Below are positions 15,499 through 18,238 of a stretch of DNA of 18,238 bases, piece by piece. The stretch covers positions 1 to 18,238 of the forward strand of contig JAEOTC010000015.1 in the NCBI GenBank assembly GCA_016840035.1, in the 5' to 3' direction. Numbering within the stretch: the stretch's first letter is position 1; each line of letters starts with the position of its first letter. The DNA is from Candidatus Hodarchaeota archaeon (GTDB lineage Archaea > Asgardarchaeota > Heimdallarchaeia > Hodarchaeales > Hodarchaeaceae). Both the position numbers and the translations under genes were made by a program. The notes below the pieces were generated by a model. It saw only the letters and a list, made by a program, of their open reading frames with translations. It had not been told where the DNA came from and searched no databases.

Positions 15499-17409
15499 TT
15501 AATTACTTGAAATAAACAATTTTAACCATAAATCCAATGAAGCAATCTTAAATAAGTTTCTGAGTTCTGTATCAGTTGTTGTGTCTTGTTTCCATTTTTC
15601 AAGCAATTCATCTATTTTTTCTATTTTCACAAATTCCTCTAAAAGAGGATGATAAGAATTTAGTTCCTGTAGCAATTTATTATTCTTATCTCTTAACCAA
15701 TAAAAATCAGGGGAAGCGAAACCTATCTTATCTCTTCTCTCTAAGATTTCCTGGGGGGTAATGTTTTCCATTGCTTCTCTAAAAATCCATTTACTTTTAC
15801 CATCCCTTAAAATGTACTCTGATTTTAAAGCAAGAACATAAATAGCGAAATGATGATCTAAAAAAGGTACTCTTGCTTCTATTGAGAACCGCATTGAATT
15901 TCGGTCTTCTAAGCGTAATAAACTCTGAAAATTGTTCTCTAAATCCTTAATCAATATTTTCACTAAAGATTTTCTTTTTAATCCCTTCAACAGATCAAAA
16001 GAGGGGGTTAATCCATGATATTCTTGAAAAAAATCTGCGGTCAAATATTCAGTAGCCACTCTATAACGTCTCCAAAGTTTATTAGATACAAAATTTGGTA
16101 TGAATTGGATTGCAAAGATTTTTAATGCCATTTTATTCTTTCTCTGCTTTATTAACTCTTTTACTAATCTAATCCACTTTAATCGTTTGAATAAATCCCA
16201 ATAAACATATCCAGAAATCGGGAAATACCCTACCATTAATTCATCTGCTCCCTGACCATCTAATAATACTTTAGTCTTCCTTTGAGCGGCCAATTCCATA
16301 ACTTTATATTGACCAAAAGCAGAATAAGTCGTAGATGGTTCTTCTTGGTAATACATATAGTCTTTGAATTGACTATTTACATCTTTCATATTAGCAGTTG
16401 TTAAATTTTGTTTCAAGCCTGTAGACTCAGCTACAATATCTATGTACTTTCGTTCATCACGTTCAAACCAATTACCATAAACAAGTGAAAATAACTCAAA
16501 ATTAGGCTTTTCATTTTTTGATAAATATTGTAAGGCACTACAAACAACGCTTGAAGAATCGATACCTCCGCTTAAACATGATCCTACAATTACATCTGCA
16601 CGGAGTCTAAGTTTTACGCTATTGAAAAAAAGACTTTTTACACTCGAAATATGTTCTTCAAGAGTTTTCTTCTTAAATTGCTTATTTTTTCTAAGTTTTT
16701 CTACTTCTTCTAATAAATCCCAGTATTTAATAATTTCTAATCGTTCCTTTGTTACAGTGGCGTAATGTGATGCTGGAAATCGGTGAATATCTTCAAAGAA
16801 AGTTTGATTTGAATGGTCAGTATTGTTATATACTAAATAATCATAAATCATAATAGGATTAAGTTTTATTTCTTCTTTTAAAGCCAATAATGGTTTCATC
16901 TCTGATGAGAAAGCAATATAATCCTTTGTTTCTGTATAATAGAGAGGTTTAATTCCAAAACGGTCTCTAGCAACTGTGAGAATTCTTTTTTTATTATCCC
17001 AAATACAAAAAACAAACTGTCCATTCAGGTATTCATACATATCGTTATTGTAGATTGTAAAAAGTTTCAAAAGCACTTCAGTATCGGTTTCAGTTCTAAA
17101 TTTAATTCCTATTTCCTTTAATTCTTCTTTGAGCTCTATATAATTGTATATTTCTCCATTAAACACGATAGTAAACTGTTCATCTCTAAATGAAGAGGAA
17201 GGATAATCCTCATTATACATAGTCATAGGTTGAATCCCCCCTGTAGATAAATCAATAATAGCAAGTCTTTTATGAGCTAGGATTATGTCTAATGACTGGA
17301 AATCTCCCTCACCGTCAGGCCCACGGTGGTCTAACATGTTAAGCAAATCTTTAACATTTGGAGGTTTAATTCCATTATCTTTCATTAAAAAGACTAATAT
17401 CCCACACAT
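15499..17409 (-). CDS. asnB: Second asparagine synthase (glutamine-hydrolysing) family amidotransferase
   Basis: MCGI, HRGPD, RLAIIDL, NGEIYN, RDRFGIKPLY, LSGGIDSS, GQGADE, LLRLEDRNSMRFSIEARVPFLD, KIGF; RBS GAGGAG. Confidence 0.94.
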   Translation of the reverse strand: MCGILVFLMKDNGIKPPNVKDLLNMLDHRGPDGEGDFQSLDIILAHKRLAIIDLSTGGIQPMTMYNEDYPSSSFRDEQFTIVFNGEIYNYIELKEELKEIGIKFRTETDTEVLLKLFTIYNNDMYEYLNGQFVFCIWDNKKRILTVARDRFGIKPLYYTETKDYIAFSSEMKPLLALKEEIKLNPIMIYDYLVYNNTDHSNQTFFEDIHRFPASHYATVTKERLEIIKYWDLLEEVEKLRKNKQFKKKTLEEHISSVKSLFFNSVKLRLRADVIVGSCLSGGIDSSSVVCSALQYLSKNEKPNFELFSLVYGNWFERDERKYIDIVAESTGLKQNLTTANMKDVNSQFKDYMYYQEEPSTTYSAFGQYKVMELAAQRKTKVLLDGQGADELMVGYFPISGYVYWDLFKRLKWIRLVKELIKQRKNKMALKIFAIQFIPNFVSNKLWRRYRVATEYLTADFFQEYHGLTPSFDLLKGLKRKSLVKILIKDLENNFQSLLRLEDRNSMRFSIEARVPFLDHHFAIYVLALKSEYILRDGKSKWIFREAMENITPQEILERRDKIGFASPDFYWLRDKNNKLLQELNSYHPLLEEFVKIEKIDELLEKWKQDTTTDTELRNLFKIASLDLWLKLFISSN

Positions 17410-17429
17410 AATTTTTTAGCTCCTCATTC

Positions 17430-18238
17430 TCACCTCAATGGATGGAAGAAAAATCTCCATCCAAAGTATTTTCTAACGTTTTTATCTTCTAATTGCCACT
17501 TCGATTTTCTTGCATTCCAATATCCTTTAAGGAATTGTTTGACTCCTCTTCCAGCTAAAACCGTCTTAAGTAAAACAAGAGCTGGATTATAACCAAAATG
17601 ATAAGTTAATCTACCAGAACGGTACAAATCTCTTTTAACAACTCGAGTGGTTGGTCTATCTGCGTAGGAATAAACTCCGTCTATTTCTTTGGCTTTATAT
17701 CCATTTATCTTGGCCTTAGTATTAATCCATGTATCCCAAGCAATATCTGGAAAATATTCTGATTTAAGACTACTCAAAAACTTTGCACAGATTACTTTCC
17801 CTGCTCCTCGGGCATCTTTTCTTCCAACTTTAGCCCCAATATTGATTTCTTCAACATATTCATCTTTTACAACAAGGGCACCTGAAGCACATACTAATTT
17901 GGGATTTTCTTCCATAGTTTTAGTTATATCTTTAAGATAATTCTTCCCTAAACGCATGTCAGCATCTAAAAGACAAACAAAATCATAATCAGAGAATTGT
18001 TCGGAAAACCATGCCTTATTAAACCCCAATCCAATTGTATCTAGATTTGGTTCTGATTTATACTCCATTCGTAACGGTTGGATGTTTAGCTGAGGAAAAA
18101 TGGTTGTTAACCGCATTATTTCTTCTCCTACTTTCACGTCAGGCGAACCATCATCGATAATAATTGTTTTAGTAGGTTTAAGCGTCTGTTCTTGTAAAGA
18201 TTGCACTACTTTCTGTAATTTTTGATACTCATTATACA
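17430..18238 (-). CDS. Glycosyltransferase family 2 (GT-A); start lies just beyond the window
   Basis: The frame stays open to the window edge (YNEYQKLQKVVQSLQEQT, the typical GT2 start); IIDDGS, DxD motif LDADM, RGAGK, WDTW. Confidence 0.9.
   Translation of the reverse strand, partial: YNEYQKLQKVVQSLQEQTLKPTKTIIIDDGSPDVKVGEEIMRLTTIFPQLNIQPLRMEYKSEPNLDTIGLGFNKAWFSEQFSDYDFVCLLDADMRLGKNYLKDITKTMEENPKLVCASGALVVKDEYVEEINIGAKVGRKDARGAGKVICAKFLSSLKSEYFPDIAWDTWINTKAKINGYKAKEIDGVYSYADRPTTRVVKRDLYRSGRLTYHFGYNPALVLLKTVLAGRGVKQFLKGYWNARKSKWQLEDKNVRKYFGWRFFFHPLR

Noticed and set aside
12015-17940. ORFs 12015..12218, 13567..13857, 15310..15510, 15576..15761, 17689..17940
   Set aside because: Shadow frames of asnB, epimerase, GT4 and GT2 genes.
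1-18238. CRISPR array, tRNA/rRNA, IS element, integron attC sites
   Set aside because: No regularly spaced repeats, GC-rich structured RNA, transposase or integrase motifs or long terminal repeats were seen by eye; a covariance-model search was not possible.

Overview
AT-rich prokaryotic (probably archaeal: GGTGA/GAGG ribosome-binding motifs, TATA-like boxes, TTG/GTG starts) surface-glycan biosynthesis locus. Intact genes: two WecC/WbpA-family UDP-HexNAc 6-dehydrogenases, a UDP-glucose 6-dehydrogenase, a class I SAM methyltransferase, a Wzx-type flippase, three GT-B (GT4-like) glycosyltransferases, a GT2, a WecB/WbpI-type 2-epimerase and two AsnB-type amidotransferases. Together these suggest an amidated, possibly methylated, uronic-acid-rich glycan. 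Two things stand out. (1) A stand-alone ParB/Srx-fold protein (8894-9487), with no parA and no obvious HTH, sits inside the glycosylation genes. (2) Many intergenic gaps are collapsed gene remnants that the ORF track misses or mis-calls: a DegT aminotransferase, a second ugd, two glycosyltransferases and several weaker traces. Several keep their RBS and start plus ordered internal snippets joined by deletions. No rRNA, tRNA, CRISPR array or transposase was seen. All alignments and identities are manual estimates.
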